Shown here piece after piece: positions 31,583 through 50,909 of a stretch of DNA of 64,000 nucleotides; within the stretch, counting starts at the first letter, position 1; each line of letters opens with the position of its first letter. The DNA is from the human T2T-CHM13v2.0 reference genome, Homo sapiens. Where the stretch lies: assembly GCF_009914755.1 (NCBI RefSeq), contig NC_060939.1, one strand, 5' to 3'. The notes under the pieces were generated by a model. That model ran no database searches. It was not told the DNA's origin and saw nothing but the letters and a program-made list of their open reading frames with translations. The translations under genes were made by a program, and so were the position numbers.

Positions 31583-31994
31583 CTACACAAAATGTAACTC
31601 ATAATGTATCACAGACCTAAATGTAAATATACAACTTTTAGGGCAGGCATGGTGGCTCACACCTGTAATCCCAGCACTTTGGGAGGCTGAGGAAGGACTA
31701 TCGCTGGAGGCCAGGAGTTTAAGAACAGCCTAAGCAACATAGCAAGACCCCATTTCTACAAAAGATTAAAATAAAAACAATTAGCCAGGCATGGTGGTAC
31801 GTGCCTGTAGTCCCAGCTACTGGGAGGCTAAGGCAAGAGGATCACTTAGACGCCAGGAAGTCAATGGCTGCAGTGAGCCATGATCACACCACTGCACTCC
31901 AGCATGGGCAATAGAGTGAGACCCTGTCTCCAAAAAAATAAAATAAATAAATAAAACTAAAAGATTTAACATGTAATAGGTTTACTATTATTAA

Positions 31995-32249
<255 letters not shown>

Positions 32250-32957
32250 TGATTCACCCGCCTCGGCCTCCCAAAGTGCTGGGATTACAGGTGTGAGCCA
32301 CTGCACCTGGCCACTTTTAGTTTTTAATACAGTAACTATCAATAGATATAAATCTATGTTAAAGAAAAAGAATATTTAGAGTACCAATAATTTTTAAGAT
32401 TAGTAAGACGTCCTGAGAGTTTGGGAATGGCTAGATTATGTAACAGAGATCTATAATCATTTTTTTTACTATTAATAACCTTGATTTATGGTATATATTT
32501 GAATGAGTGAACACTTTTTAATACTCTACTATCTGAAATTTTACCAATCATTCTTTCAATAAACAAACATTTGACAAGAACCCCGACAATAGCTGAAGGA
32601 AATACGAGATGAGTAAGTCATGCTCCCTAGCCTTTTAGACAGGGTGGGAAAAAGATCTGATCTCCAGGGCAGCCTGACACATTAAGTTGAGAAGGATCCT
32701 GAAGCAAAGTCTGGGCTAAAAGGAAAGGATGCCATTATTGATTAGCTGGTCTTGGAAGGACAATAGCAACATTCATCCATTCGACAAGTATTTATTGAGA
32801 ACATAAGATGTGTTTTAGGCATTTTTCTTTGAATAAATTCACAAGGAAAACCCATACAAGACAGGAGACAATGATAAAAATTTGCAAGTTGGACAGAAGA
32901 TGTACAAGAGGTAACTGATTTAATGAATCTGAGAAAACTGAACTTATACCAGTAGTG

Positions 32958-32959
<2 letters not shown>

Positions 32960-32997
<38 letters not shown>
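32960..32997. repeat. (AC)19 microsatellite
   Basis: Perfect dinucleotide run. Confidence 0.98.
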
Positions 32998-33001
<4 letters not shown>

Positions 33002-34124
33002 CTTCCAATCAGCTTCACTACTCAAAAAAAGAGATAACCATCCAGGCGCAGCGGCTCATGGCAGTAATCCTAGCACTTTGGGAGGCCAAGGCAGGCAGAT
33101 CCATTGAGCCCAAGAGTTTGAAATCAGCCTGGAAAACTTGGTGAAACTCCATATCTATAAAAAGTATAAAAAATTAGCCAGGTGTGATGGTGCGTGCCTG
33201 TTGTCCCAGCTACTTAGGAGGCTGAGCCAGGGATGTCGAGGCTAACTGCTTATGACGGCCTTCTCAAGTAAATGGGTAAGGGGATGACAAACAACTCCTC
33301 AAATGAGTAATCAAGGTTCAAGTTGTCATGATAATGGTCGTTTAAACCACTCATTTTGCCATAACTGATCCATGACCAGACCAAACAGAAAATACTGTAC
33401 TTCTGGCCAGGTGCAGTGGCTGATACCTGTAATCCAGCACTTTGGGAGGCTGAGGCAGGAAGATCACCTGAGATCAGGAGTTCGGGACCAACATGGCAAA
33501 ACTCCGTCTCTAAAGAAAATACAAAAAATAGCCAGTTACGGTAGCATGCACCTGTAGTCCCAGCTACTCGGGAGGCAGAGGTTGCAGAGAGCCAATCGTG
33601 CCACTGCACTCCAGCCTGGGCGGCAGAGTGAGACTCTGTCTCAAAAAGAAAAAAAAAAAGAAAAAGAAAAAAAAAGCATTGACAGAGTCATAATAACTTA
33701 AACTCTAAGTACTGGCCTAACCAAAATTAAACTCTGAGTACTGGCCTAAACTCTGACTACTGGCCTAACCAAAATTAAGATATAACATTATTGGAAAAAT
33801 AAAAGGATCTAACTGTGCATGTGTAGTAGGAATGAGATGGGCAGTGAAAAAGTTAAATCATCTTCCATAGTGGAAAGCTGGTAGATAATGACTACAACTG
33901 AAAAATTAATCAGCAGTAACACAAGCATCTTAGTTTGAGATGTGGAGGTAAATACCAAAAGTACTGAAAGTGAATACTTCCCAAAGGATGAAAATGGGAC
34001 ACAGTGGAGAAGCCAGAAGACTCCTTTTTCAATAACAACTTGTATATAACCATTAAACTTTTAAAATTATGTGCTGTTAAAACTCTAATAATAAAAACTA
34101 ATTTTAAAAAGCAATTTGTAGAAT

Positions 34125-35423
<1,299 letters not shown>

Positions 35424-35989
35424 TAGAAAAGTTCTTTATGTTTTAAATTAAAAACATAAAACAGTACATATGTATGATCCCATTTCTATTAAAAATGTGT
35501 ACACATAAATAAATTATGCACAGAAAAAACCTGAACTGAAATTTACCAACTATTAACAGTAGTTATAGGGCTGGGCATGGTGGCTCATGCCTTTAATCCC
35601 AGGAGTTTAGGAGGCTGACACAGGCCGATCACTTGAGGTCACTAGTTTGAGAATAGCCTGGCCAACACAGCAGCAAAACCCCGTCTCTACTAAAAATACA
35701 AAAATTAGCTGGGCATGGTGGTGCGTGCCTATAGTCCCAGCTACTCGGGAGACTGAGTCAGGAGAATCGCTTGAACCCGGGAGGTGGAGGTTGCAGCAGT
35801 GAGCCGAGATCGTGGCACAGCACTCCATGGGAAACAGAGCCAGACTCCATCCCCCCACCAAAAAAAAACAGTAGTTATTTCTATGTAGTATGGTTATTTT
35901 CTGGTGGATGGGGGAATTCCTCTTTTGTAAATTTACTACAGAAAACATGTATTTTTACAATTAGAAGGAAAACTTTTTAAAAGCTAAAA

Positions 35990-38585
<2,596 letters not shown>

Positions 38586-38799
38586 AAGTTTAAATTTTAA
38601 ATAGGACTACTAGGCACTCCTCAGATGTAACTATAAAAGCCAAATAATTTTCACTATCTCACTCTAAATTACCAGTGGAAAAATCATGTGACAAATGGGT
38701 GGAGTCCTTCAGTACACTGAAATAAATCTAAGAATAGACTTGTCCCAATTAGGAACCGAACACTAGAAGAAAGACCAGGAATTCTATAAGACACCCAGG

Positions 38800-39385
38800 T
38801 TTGGCTGACTGCTTCTAAAAATGGCTCTCAATGACCCTCATCTCCTGCTATTGATCCTTTCCCTTAAGTGTGGGCTGTATTTAGTGACTTACCGCTAATG
38901 AACAGAATACAGCAAAAGTGATAGGATGTTACTTCCCAGATAGGTTATGAAAGACTGTGACATCTATCTTGCTCACATTCTCTCTCTCTGGCTCTTTCCA
39001 CTTACTTGCTCTGATTAAGCGAGCTGCCATATCACCCTATAGAAAGGCCCACATAGCAAAGAATTGAGGCAGCTTCTGCTAGAATATTACATGATTCTGC
39101 TTATAATAGACCAATAGCTAGCAAGGAACTGAGGCTCTCAAACAAACTACAGGAATTGAATCCTGCCAACAATCATCAGAATGAGCTTGGAAATAGAACC
39201 CTCCCAAGCTGGGTCTTGTGATTGCTGCAGCATACCTTGATTGCAGCCTATGACTGATCCTGAAACAGAGTATCCACCCGAGTCATACCCAGAATCTTGA
39301 CCCACAGACATCGTGAGATAATAAATGTTGTTTTAAAACACTAAGTTTTGAATAATTTGTTATGCAGCAATAGATAACTATATAC
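38800..39385 (+). mobile_element. MLT1E/F-like MaLR LTR
   Basis: GCAAGGAACTGAGG...AATCCTGCCAACAATCA...TTTGTTATGCAGCAATAGATAACTA. Confidence 0.7.
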
Positions 39386-40560
39386 CAGGCTTCACTGGTA
39401 ATGGGGTGATAGTTTCTCAAAGTTATGCATGACCACAGGTTCCTTTTTTGTTCTAGATTATGGATTATACCTGAAAAATTAATAACTTAGCTACAGTACC
39501 AATATTGCCAAGAATTATTTTATATTTATTTTTTCAGTAAGATTTACAATAAAAAAAATCTTGGTGCAAGAACACTAGATACTGTAAGACAGAAATTAAA
39601 TAAATTCCTCCTTGGTAATATCCTTAATGACCTAACATAGGAAGTAAATCGCATGCTAATGAATTCGGACAAAGATGCTAACTCTGGAGGTGTTGCCAAA
39701 CAGACCCAAAGAAGATCAAAATATGGACAGAACATACTAAATGGAGATTCAACTTGTAAATGTAGAATAACATGTGGTGAAAAGTCATTTGAAAAAATTT
39801 GCTGGGTAGAAAAAGACTAAGAAAATAGCCAACAAATTAATAAGTAAACACTGACAATCACCTAGATTATAAACTCCTTGAAGATGAAGACCCATATCAT
39901 AATGATTATCCTCTGCCATAACCAAGTATTGAGCTTTGCAGTTAATCAATAGATATTTGGCGAAGTTAATTAAAGGGCTCAAAATGAGACATCAAACTGT
40001 ATATAATTTTTTTTTTTTTTTGACGCAGGGTCTTACTCTGTCGCCCAAGCTGTAGGGCAGTGGTACAATCTCGGCTCACTGCAACCTCAGCCTTCTGGGC
40101 TCAAGTGATCCTCCCACCTCAGCTTCCCAAGTAGCTGGGACTACAGAAACATGCCACCATGCCCGCCTAATTTTTGTATTTTTTGTAGACACAGGATTTC
40201 GCCATGTTGGCCAGGCTGGTCTAGAACTCCTGGACTCAAGTGCTATCCGCCCATCTTGGCCTCCTAAAGTGCTGGGATTACAGGCCTGTGCCACCACACT
40301 TGGCCCCAAACTGTATATAATTTAAGTCATATAGATTCACATATACAAATAGAGTAAAAAAGATAAAGTAGAACAAAAATAAGAATGATAAGAGGCACAA
40401 AGGGAAGTTTTTTGTTTTGTTTCGAGACAGGGCCTCACTCTGTCACCCAAGCTGGAATACTGTGGCATAATCCCAGCTCATTGCAGCCTTGACCTCCTGG
40501 GCTCAGATGATCTCCCCGTCTCAGCCTCCCAGGTAGCTGGGACCACAGGCACACACCTAG

Positions 40561-40701
<141 letters not shown>

Positions 40702-41159
40702 TAAATTGTATAGGAACTTCAAGAAACATAAGCCAGACCAAACAAGACTTAATGAAAAGAACTCCCTAAAAGAGTATTATCTGAGATATTAACATAACAC
40801 TAAAGTTTATTGTCTTCTAACTCCAGGAACTCCTCACAAAATAGAGATTAAGACCAGACCACTGTACCTAGATTCAAATTCTGGCTATTGGGCCCATTAA
40901 TTAACTTCTCTGTACCTCAATTTCCTCATCTATTAAAAAAAAGGGTAATGACAATCACTAAGCATTAAAAGTGCTAAGATATATGTAAAGTGTTTATTCA
41001 TCACAGTGCCTAGTATACTGACTGTGCTCAATAAAACTGGCCGGGCATGGTGGCTCACACCTGTAATCCCAGCACTTTGGGAGGCCAACACAGGCCGATC
41101 ACCTGAGGTCGGGAGTTCGAGACCAGCCAGACCAACATGGAGAAACCCTGTCTCTACTA

Positions 41160-41318
<159 letters not shown>

Positions 41319-41619
41319 TCAAAAAAAAAAAGCAGTCATTACTTATGTAATTCTGCATGTTTCCTAAACAACAGAAGAGAAACAGTCACATTCACAGACA
41401 TAATACTGTCCAAAACAGTTCCTGTACCACTTGAATATTAAAGAAAATTACCATATTTGCACGGAGGCCCAGAATTGAAACCTATTATACAAATACTACT
41501 TATCAAATTCATATAAAAATATTTTTGTCAGCAAAAGAAAATTACCATACTAATATGATTACAAATTAAATTATACCATTTGCATTGTTATAATTTTGCT
41601 TTTAAAGTTATTAGTAATA

Positions 41620-42912
41620 GAAAAACCCCTATCTTTCACCATATACAAAAATCAAATCAAAATGGATTAAAGACTTCTTGAATCTAAGACCTGAAACTCT
41701 GAAACTACTAGAAGAAAACACTGGGGAAACACACCAGTACACTGGTCTAGGCAAAGATTTCTTGTGTAAAATCTCAAAAGCACAGGCAACCAAGGCAAAA
41801 ATAGATAATTGGGATTATATCGAACTAAAAAGCTTCCGCACAGCAAAGGAAACAATCAACGAAGTAGACAACCCACAGAATGGGAGAAAATATTTGCAAA
41901 CTATCCATCTGACAAGGAGTTAACCAGAATATACAAGGAGTGCAAACAACTCAATAGCAAAAAAAATTAAATAATCTGATTTTTAAATGGGCAAAAGATC
42001 TGAATGGACATTTCTCAAAAAAAAAAGACATTCGGGCCAAGAGCAGTGGCTCATGCCTATAATCTCAGCAATCTGGGAGGCCAAAGCAGAAGGATCACTT
42101 GAGCCCAGGAGTTTGAGGCCAGCCTGAGCAACACAATGAGACCCTGTCTCATTAAAAGAAAAAAAAAAAGAAATACAAATGGCCAACAGATATATGAAAA
42201 AATGCTTAATATCACTAATCAGAGAAATGTAAATCAAAACCTCACAAAATAGAGATTAATATGATATCATCTCACCCCAGTTAAAATGGCTTATATGAAA
42301 AAGGCAATAACAAATGCTGGCAAGGATATGGAGAAAGGGAAACGCTCATACACTGCTGGTAGGAATGGAAATTAGTACAGCCACTATGGAGGCGCTATAG
42401 AGGTTCCTCAAAAAAACTAAAAATAGAACTTCCATATTATCCAGCAATTCCACTATTGGGTATATATCCAAAAGAAAGGAAATCAATATAGCAAAGAGAT
42501 ATCTGCACTCCCATGTTTATTGCAGCACTATTAACAACAGCCAAAATGGAATCAACCTAAGTGTCTATCCAGATGAATGGATAAAGAAAATGTGGTATAC
42601 ACTGTGTATACACATTCAAAAGAATGAAATGCTGTTATTTGCAGTAACATGGATGGAAATGAAGGCCATTACATTAAGTGAAATAAGCCAAGTACAGAAA
42701 AATAAATGTTGTATGTTTTCACTCATATGCCAGAGCTAAAAGAGTAATCTCATGAAGATAGAGAGTAGATTGGTGGTTACCAGAGGCTGAAAAGGGGAGG
42801 GGAAGGGGGAAGAAATGGGAAAAAAAGAATATAAATGTATTTATTGTTACTAAACTGTACATATAAAATGGTAAAGATGGTAAATCTTATTTGCACGTTT
42901 TACCTCAATTAA
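41620..42912 (+). mobile_element. L1MA-like 3' portion
   Basis: AATCAAATCAAAATGGATTAAAGAC, GATATCTGCACTCCCATGTTTATTGCAGCAC. Confidence 0.8.
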
Positions 42913-42965
42913 AAAATTTTTTTGGCTGGGCATGGTGGCTCACAACTGTAAATTCAGCACTTTCA

Positions 42966-43190
<225 letters not shown>

Positions 43191-44064
43191 CTAGATGACA
43201 AAGTGAGACCCTGTCTCAAAAAAACAAAGCTTTTAAAATAAAGTTAATAGAATTAGTTGATCAAAAAGGGAATAAAAATAAACCAATGCCACCTACTATT
43301 TTTAGACTGGCGAAAGTACAGATTAGGAGAGGCAAGGTGGCTCATACCTGTAATCCCAGAACTTTGGGAAGTTGAGGTGGGAAGACTGCCTGAGGCCAGG
43401 AGTTCAAGACCAGCCTAGGTAACATAAGATGCCGTCCGTAAAAATTTTAAAAATTAGTCAGGTGTGGTGGTGTGCATCTATAGTCCTAGCTATTCAGAAG
43501 GCTGAAGCCGGAGTATTGCTTGAGCCTAGGAGTTCAAAGCTGCAGTGAGCCATGATTGTGCCACTGCATTCCAGTCTGGGTAACAGAACAAGACCCTGTC
43601 TCAAAACAAAAAGTATAGATTAGTTCTCAAATATGTTTTAACTTGAAGCAAATTTTGAGTACTCACCCATATAAAGGAAGCATTATCATAGTTAATATCA
43701 AAGAAGAAAGTATTTAAATTAAAAAGTGAGGACTTTTGTACACCTCTAGTAGGAATATACTTTGTTGTTGCTTGTTGTTGCTTGCTAATCGTCCAGTGTA
43801 CATGCCAAGGGAATGTACTTTGAAAATGGTATTGTACTGTATTATAAAAGAAAGCTGAAGATAATGCATACCCTGTGACTCAGCAACTCCTTTACTAGGT
43901 ATACACCCTAGAAATACTTTTTCCCCATGTACACCAGCAAACAGGTACAAGAATGTTCATAGTCACATTGTCCATAAATGGTAAAAACTACAAACAACCC
44001 AAATGTCCAGCAAGAGAAGAATGGATAAATTATAGTATATTCGTCCTGTATATATATTCATATA

Positions 44065-44750
44065 GCAGCTTCTTACTGTTGCTGTAACAAATATGACAAA
44101 TTTAGTGGCAAAAAACAACACAAATTTATAATCTAATAGCTCTAGAGGTCAGAAGTCTGTGCTTCTACTGGGCTAAAGCTCTAGGGAGAATTTATTTCCT
44201 TACCTTTTCTAGCTTCTAGAACCCACCTGAATTCTGTTTTGTTGTTGTTGTTGCTTTGCTTTGTTTTGTTTTTTAAGAGACAGGGTCTCACTATGTTCTC
44301 CAGGCTGGAGCGCAGTAGCTAGCTATTCACAGGCTCAATTCTTACACACTACAGTCTCAAAGTCCTGCGCCTAAGCGATCCTCCTGCCTCGCCTTCCAAA
44401 TAGCTGGGAATACAAGTGCACCACCAGGCCCAGCTTGCCTGAATTATTTGGTTTATGGCCTCATCCCCCACCTTCAAAGTCAGTAGTATAGCATCTTCAA
44501 ATCTCTCTCTGACTTTTGCTTCCATTGTCACATCTCCTTATCTCTCTCTGACAAAGTATATGCCTCCCTCTTATGAGCACCCCCTTGTGATTACATCAGA
44601 CCCACCCAGATAATCAAGGAAAATCCTCCTCTCGCAAGAGCCTTAATTTAATCATATATGCAAAGTCTCTTCTGCCACATAAGTTAACATATTCATGTGC
44701 TGGGGATTATGACATGAACATTTTGGGGGGCCATTATTGCACTTACCGCA
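44065..44750 (-). mobile_element. MLT1C-like LTR with an inserted Alu monomer, inside an old L1ME fragment (~43800-45280)
   Basis: TTGCTGTAACAAAT...GAGGTCAGAAGTCT...TTGGGGGGCCATTATT. Confidence 0.7.
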
Positions 44751-45914
44751 AAACTACGCTAAAAAGAAAATGAAGAAAATATTGCTATACTGAACTACAT
44801 GAATGAATCTCACAAACTACACTGAAAAAAATTAAGCAAGACAAAATAATATACACAATATGAGCCCTTTTACATAAAGTCCAAAAATAAGCAAAACTAA
44901 ACTACGTTAAATGGAGATGCAAACATAGATAGTAAGTCTATAAAGAAAAGCAAAAATATTATTATCACAAATATCATAAGAATGGCTACCTTTGGGGTAA
45001 AGAAAGCAGGTGAAAGCCAGGCAGCTTACACCTGTAGTAATCACAGCTACTAGGGAGGCTGAGGATCACTTGAGCCCAGAAGTTTGAGACCAGCCTAAAC
45101 AACACAGGGAGATCCCATCTCAACAAAACAATACAAAACAAAACAAAAAAGGCAGGTGAGATCAGGAATGGGATTCTGAGATGCTGACAACATTTTATTT
45201 ATTGAACACTGGCTTTATAATTATTCCTTAAACTGCACATGTATGTTTTATATACACCATGATTAATATATCTTATAAAAAGAACAGTAACAGATAATAG
45301 TTATATAAACCAGAAACAGAGAAAGCCAGACATAGAATAGATTAGGCAACAATAATCTAGCAGTGTGAGAGAGAGTAGAAGAGTGCCCCATCTACACAAT
45401 AAAAAAAAAAAAGCCAGCTAACCTGTGAGTTGAGCATGAAGCAGAAATATAGGTTTGCAGTAAAGAAACAACCTTAGAAGCACGCACACAATTTACGTCC
45501 TCCTAATAGAGTACACATTTCTTGAGGTCAAGAGCATCTACTCATTCACTTCTACTCATCTAGCATCTAGCCTAATACCTACCATTGAACCTTTCACTAA
45601 ATGAAATATCTTTCACCTCCCATACAGCTGAATGAAACTAAATAGTCCTCTGGCAAATAACTGGACAGTTGATTTGAAAATTTAACATATGCTCATTCAA
45701 TAAATTGTCACGAATACAGGGAAGAGAAAAAAGAAGCATAATGCATAGCTTTGCCCTCAATGAGTTAATAATCAGGAGAAGAAAAGTTATTATTTCAAAA
45801 AATAATTATTTCCAAAATAGTCTTTGAATGAGAACACATAATACAAAAACAGAAATTAACAGTAACTATCTGGATGTAAAAGGTAAAAAAATAGGGGCCT
45901 GGCGCAGTGGCTCA

Positions 45915-46211
<297 letters not shown>

Positions 46212-46329
46212 TTAACCTACATCAATTTGTAAGGGCCAAATGCATACAAAAAATTGAACGGGGAGGTTAATACTAGCTAGGATTGTCATACAAAGTTTCT
46301 TACAAAAGGTGGATATGATTTGTAGAAGA

Positions 46330-46890
46330 CATCTGGTCGATTGCAAAATAGCCACACATTTCTCCCATTCCCGTACATACATTCCTTTGCAATGTGTCCT
46401 TGATACTTTGCAATGTGTCCTTGATACATATCCCATCGAGAGGTAGGACTGTGCTGGGCACTGTGGCACATGCCTAGAATCCCAGCTACTAGAGAGGCTG
46501 AGGCAGGAAGATTGCTTGAGCCCAGTAGTTTAAATCCAGCCTGGGCAACATAGCAAGACCTTGTCTCTAACAAAAGAGGTAGAACATTCCTTTGGTTCCT
46601 TTCTCCTTCTCTGAAACTGGGGTTGGCCATGTGATTTGTTTTGGCCAATGGGACATTAGCAAACATGACCCAGAACCCTGAAAAGTACTTATACACTGGA
46701 CTTGCCCTCTTTTGCTACTTTTGGAGCCCAGACTCATGAGAAGAAACTCAAGCTAGCCAACTGCCTCATATAAATGAGAACAAACAAGACCAAAACAAGT
46801 ACTATTCAGCTGAGCCTAAACTGCCAACCCACAGAACAGTTAACTAATAAATAATTATTGTTTTAGCCTCTAAATTTTGAGGTGCTTTGT
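46330..46890 (+). mobile_element. MLT1-type LTR with an inserted Alu monomer
   Basis: TTTGGCCAATGGGACATTAGCAAACATGAC...TAGCCTCTAAATTTTGAGGTG. Confidence 0.6.
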
Positions 46891-46992
46891 TTCAAGGCAA
46901 AAGTTAACTAAGGAGGTATGCAAAGGCACAGAAGAGGAAATAAGCATAACATACAAGTGCATGGGAAAATAAATGATAAGATTAATCTACAT

Positions 46993-47230
46993 CAGGGGTG
47001 TCCAATCTTTTGGCTTCTCCAGGCCACAGTGGAAGAACTGTCTTAGACCACACATGAAATATACTAACACTAACGATAGCTGATGAGTTAAATACACACA
47101 CACACACACACACACACAACTACAAAAGCTCATAAAGTCTTAAGAAAGTTTACAAATTTGTGTTGGGCCACATTCAAAGCCGTCCTGGGCCACGTGCGGC
47201 CCATGGGCCGCTGGTTGCACAAGCTTGGTC
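46993..47230 (+). mobile_element. MER30 hAT MITE with internal (CA)n
   Basis: CAGGGGTGTCCAATCTTTTGGCTTC...TTGGGCCACATTCAAAGCCGTCCTGGGCC...CAAGCTTG. Confidence 0.8.
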
Positions 47231-47679
47231 TACGTGAAAAGGGTGCTTATTGGGAGAAAGAATACATAGGCCTGAAAGGTAAACTGAGTTCAAACTGCAA
47301 AAACCAGGCTAGGAAGAGGACAGACATCATTCTGTTTCAGTCGGCAAGGTGGCACAGGGTGGGCCTGAAGGCACCCCTTCAGGAGCTGGAGGATGATATA
47401 ATGTAAGAGGAAAAAGAGTCCATTTAGAAGACTATTACCATCACTATTATCTCTCAGGCTAAAGTAATAAACTCCTACATTTAGGAGGGAAACTAGATAA
47501 TTCACCAAATAGCAGTTTTATAACTGTCATATAGTTTATATAAGATTCTACTCTTTGGCCAGGCCTGATGGCTCACACATGTAATCCCAGCACTTTGGGA
47601 GGCCCCAAGGTGGGTGGATCACCTGAGGTCAGGAGTTCAAGACCAGTCTGGCCAACATGATGAAACCCCATCTCTACTA

Positions 47680-47865
<186 letters not shown>

Positions 47866-47975
47866 CTAAATTGTTACATTTTAAAATAAAACAAGATCAT
47901 GTGTAGAAACAAGTTTACAAAGAGTACACACCAGCTAAATTTTTCAAGGCATCTAATATACTAATAAGCAACATA

Positions 47976-48287
<312 letters not shown>

Positions 48288-48489
48288 GAGCTCCTCTGAA
48301 GAGTTAGTAAAAAGAAATGAAGATTTGTAAAGAACCCCATTTGCTGATGGCAAAAGAAGAGAAGGTAAGTTTATTCACCACTCACACTTCAACTGTTCTT
48401 TATCAACTTTCAGGGGAGGTAAATTATACTTTGGGCAACCTGAAATCTCTCTGAGCTCAATAAATCTAAGTAAAATATCTATTGAGAGA

Positions 48490-48970
<481 letters not shown>

Positions 48971-49091
48971 TCATTCCTCGGGTAAAATCTACTATAACCA
49001 AATCAACCGAGCAAAGCATTATGTCTATGATCTTCCCACTAACACAAAGAAAAATCAATACAGAACCTTTTCTGTATCTTCACTGCAATAA

Positions 49092-49322
<231 letters not shown>

Positions 49323-50199
49323 TAGTCTCAAACTCATGACCTCGTGATCTGCCCGCCTCAGCCTCCCAAAGTGCTAGGATTATAGGCATGAGCCACCACG
49401 CCTGGCCTTAACTTCCTTTTTCAAAAACAGCAAAACTGGCCAGCCACAGTATAATATAATATATCCTAATATATTATATCCTAATCACTTGTACATTTAA
49501 TGAATCACCGATAAGCTGCTGGACCCTAGCTACAGAGACACTATAGCCATCTACTTGGAACACCTCTTTCTTGTAACCATGGCTTGTACTCTGGCTTCTG
49601 GTAACACAGTCCTAAGTTCTCATGGTTCAAACAGAGAGTGTAAAACCATAACATAGGAACTCTGTCAGTATTCAAGTAATTGAGGCTTGGGAGAATCCAA
49701 AGTAGAAACCCATATTGGAGGGAGAGTGGGGACTCTTTAGGACAAAACTCTTTCAAGTGTTCTTGTGTTCTGAAAGAACTTGTCTAAAGCTGTTTCATGG
49801 GTTGTGTGGACATTTAATTTCAAATAGTCTTTTAAATTTAAAAACATTTATTTTGTCATTATTTATTTAATTATTTAACTAATTATAGGGATAATATATC
49901 CACTAGCCTCTGACTCTGGTGAAGTATGTAGAATGAACTGTGGCTGATGAAACAGAAACTTCTTCCCTGAACCCACCTCTTGACTGTTAGGTCTGTTAAA
50001 TGCTCATGTCTGCATCTTCCCTTCATAATACCTGGAACACTTGTAATTCCTTCTCCTGCAAATCTCTGCTTCCACTATTTGTAAGCTCCAAAAGTGAGTA
50101 GATTATTTGTCTTGTTGGCTGTTAAATCTCCAACCCCTAGCACAGTAACATGGTAGATGCTTAGCAAGTATTTAATCAAGGAATGAGGCTACTGTTACA

Positions 50200-50736
50200 C
50201 AGTAATCCCCCTTATCCATGGTTTCACTTTCTGCAGTTTCAGTTACCCGTGGTCAACCACAGTCCAAAAATATTAAATGGAGAATTCCAGAAATAAACAA
50301 TTCATACGTTTTAAATTGTATATTGTTTTGAGTATGGTGATGAAATCTCAAGCTGTTCAGCTCTGTTGCACCTAGGACGTGAACCATCCCTTTGTCCAGC
50401 ATGTATCTGCACCGTCTGTGCTGTTTGTCACTTAGTAGCCATCTTGGTTGTTAGATCACTGTCTCAGTATAGCAGTGCTTGTGTTCAAGTAACTAACTCT
50501 TATTTTACTTAATAATGGCCCTAAAACACAAGAGTAGTGATGCTGGCATATTACGATAACTGTTCTATTTTATTAGCTATTGTTATTATTCCCTTACTAT
50601 GCTTAATTTATAAACTTTATCACAGCCATGTATGTATAGGAAAAGCATAATTATCTATAGGGTAAGGTACTATCTGAGGTTTCAGGCATCCACTGGGGGT
50701 CTTGGAATGCATGCCCCTTAGATGGGGATGACTACA
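50200..50736 (+). mobile_element. MER44B-like (Tigger) DNA transposon remnant
   Basis: CAGTAATCCCCCTTATCCATGGTTTCACTTTC...GGTTTCAGGCATCCACTGGGGGTCTTGGAA; degenerate terminal inverted repeats. Confidence 0.78.
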
Positions 50737-50801
50737 GTAGTTTAAAGTTTCACAGAGACCAAAGTAAGGTGGTAGCAATGGAAATAAAATGCAGAGGGCT
50801 A

Positions 50802-50909
<108 letters not shown>

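Noticed and set aside
47364-47383. Perfect 8-bp hairpin CCTGAAGG-CACC-CCTTCAGG
   Set aside because: A stem this short is expected by chance in 64 kb, and there is no ncRNA context.
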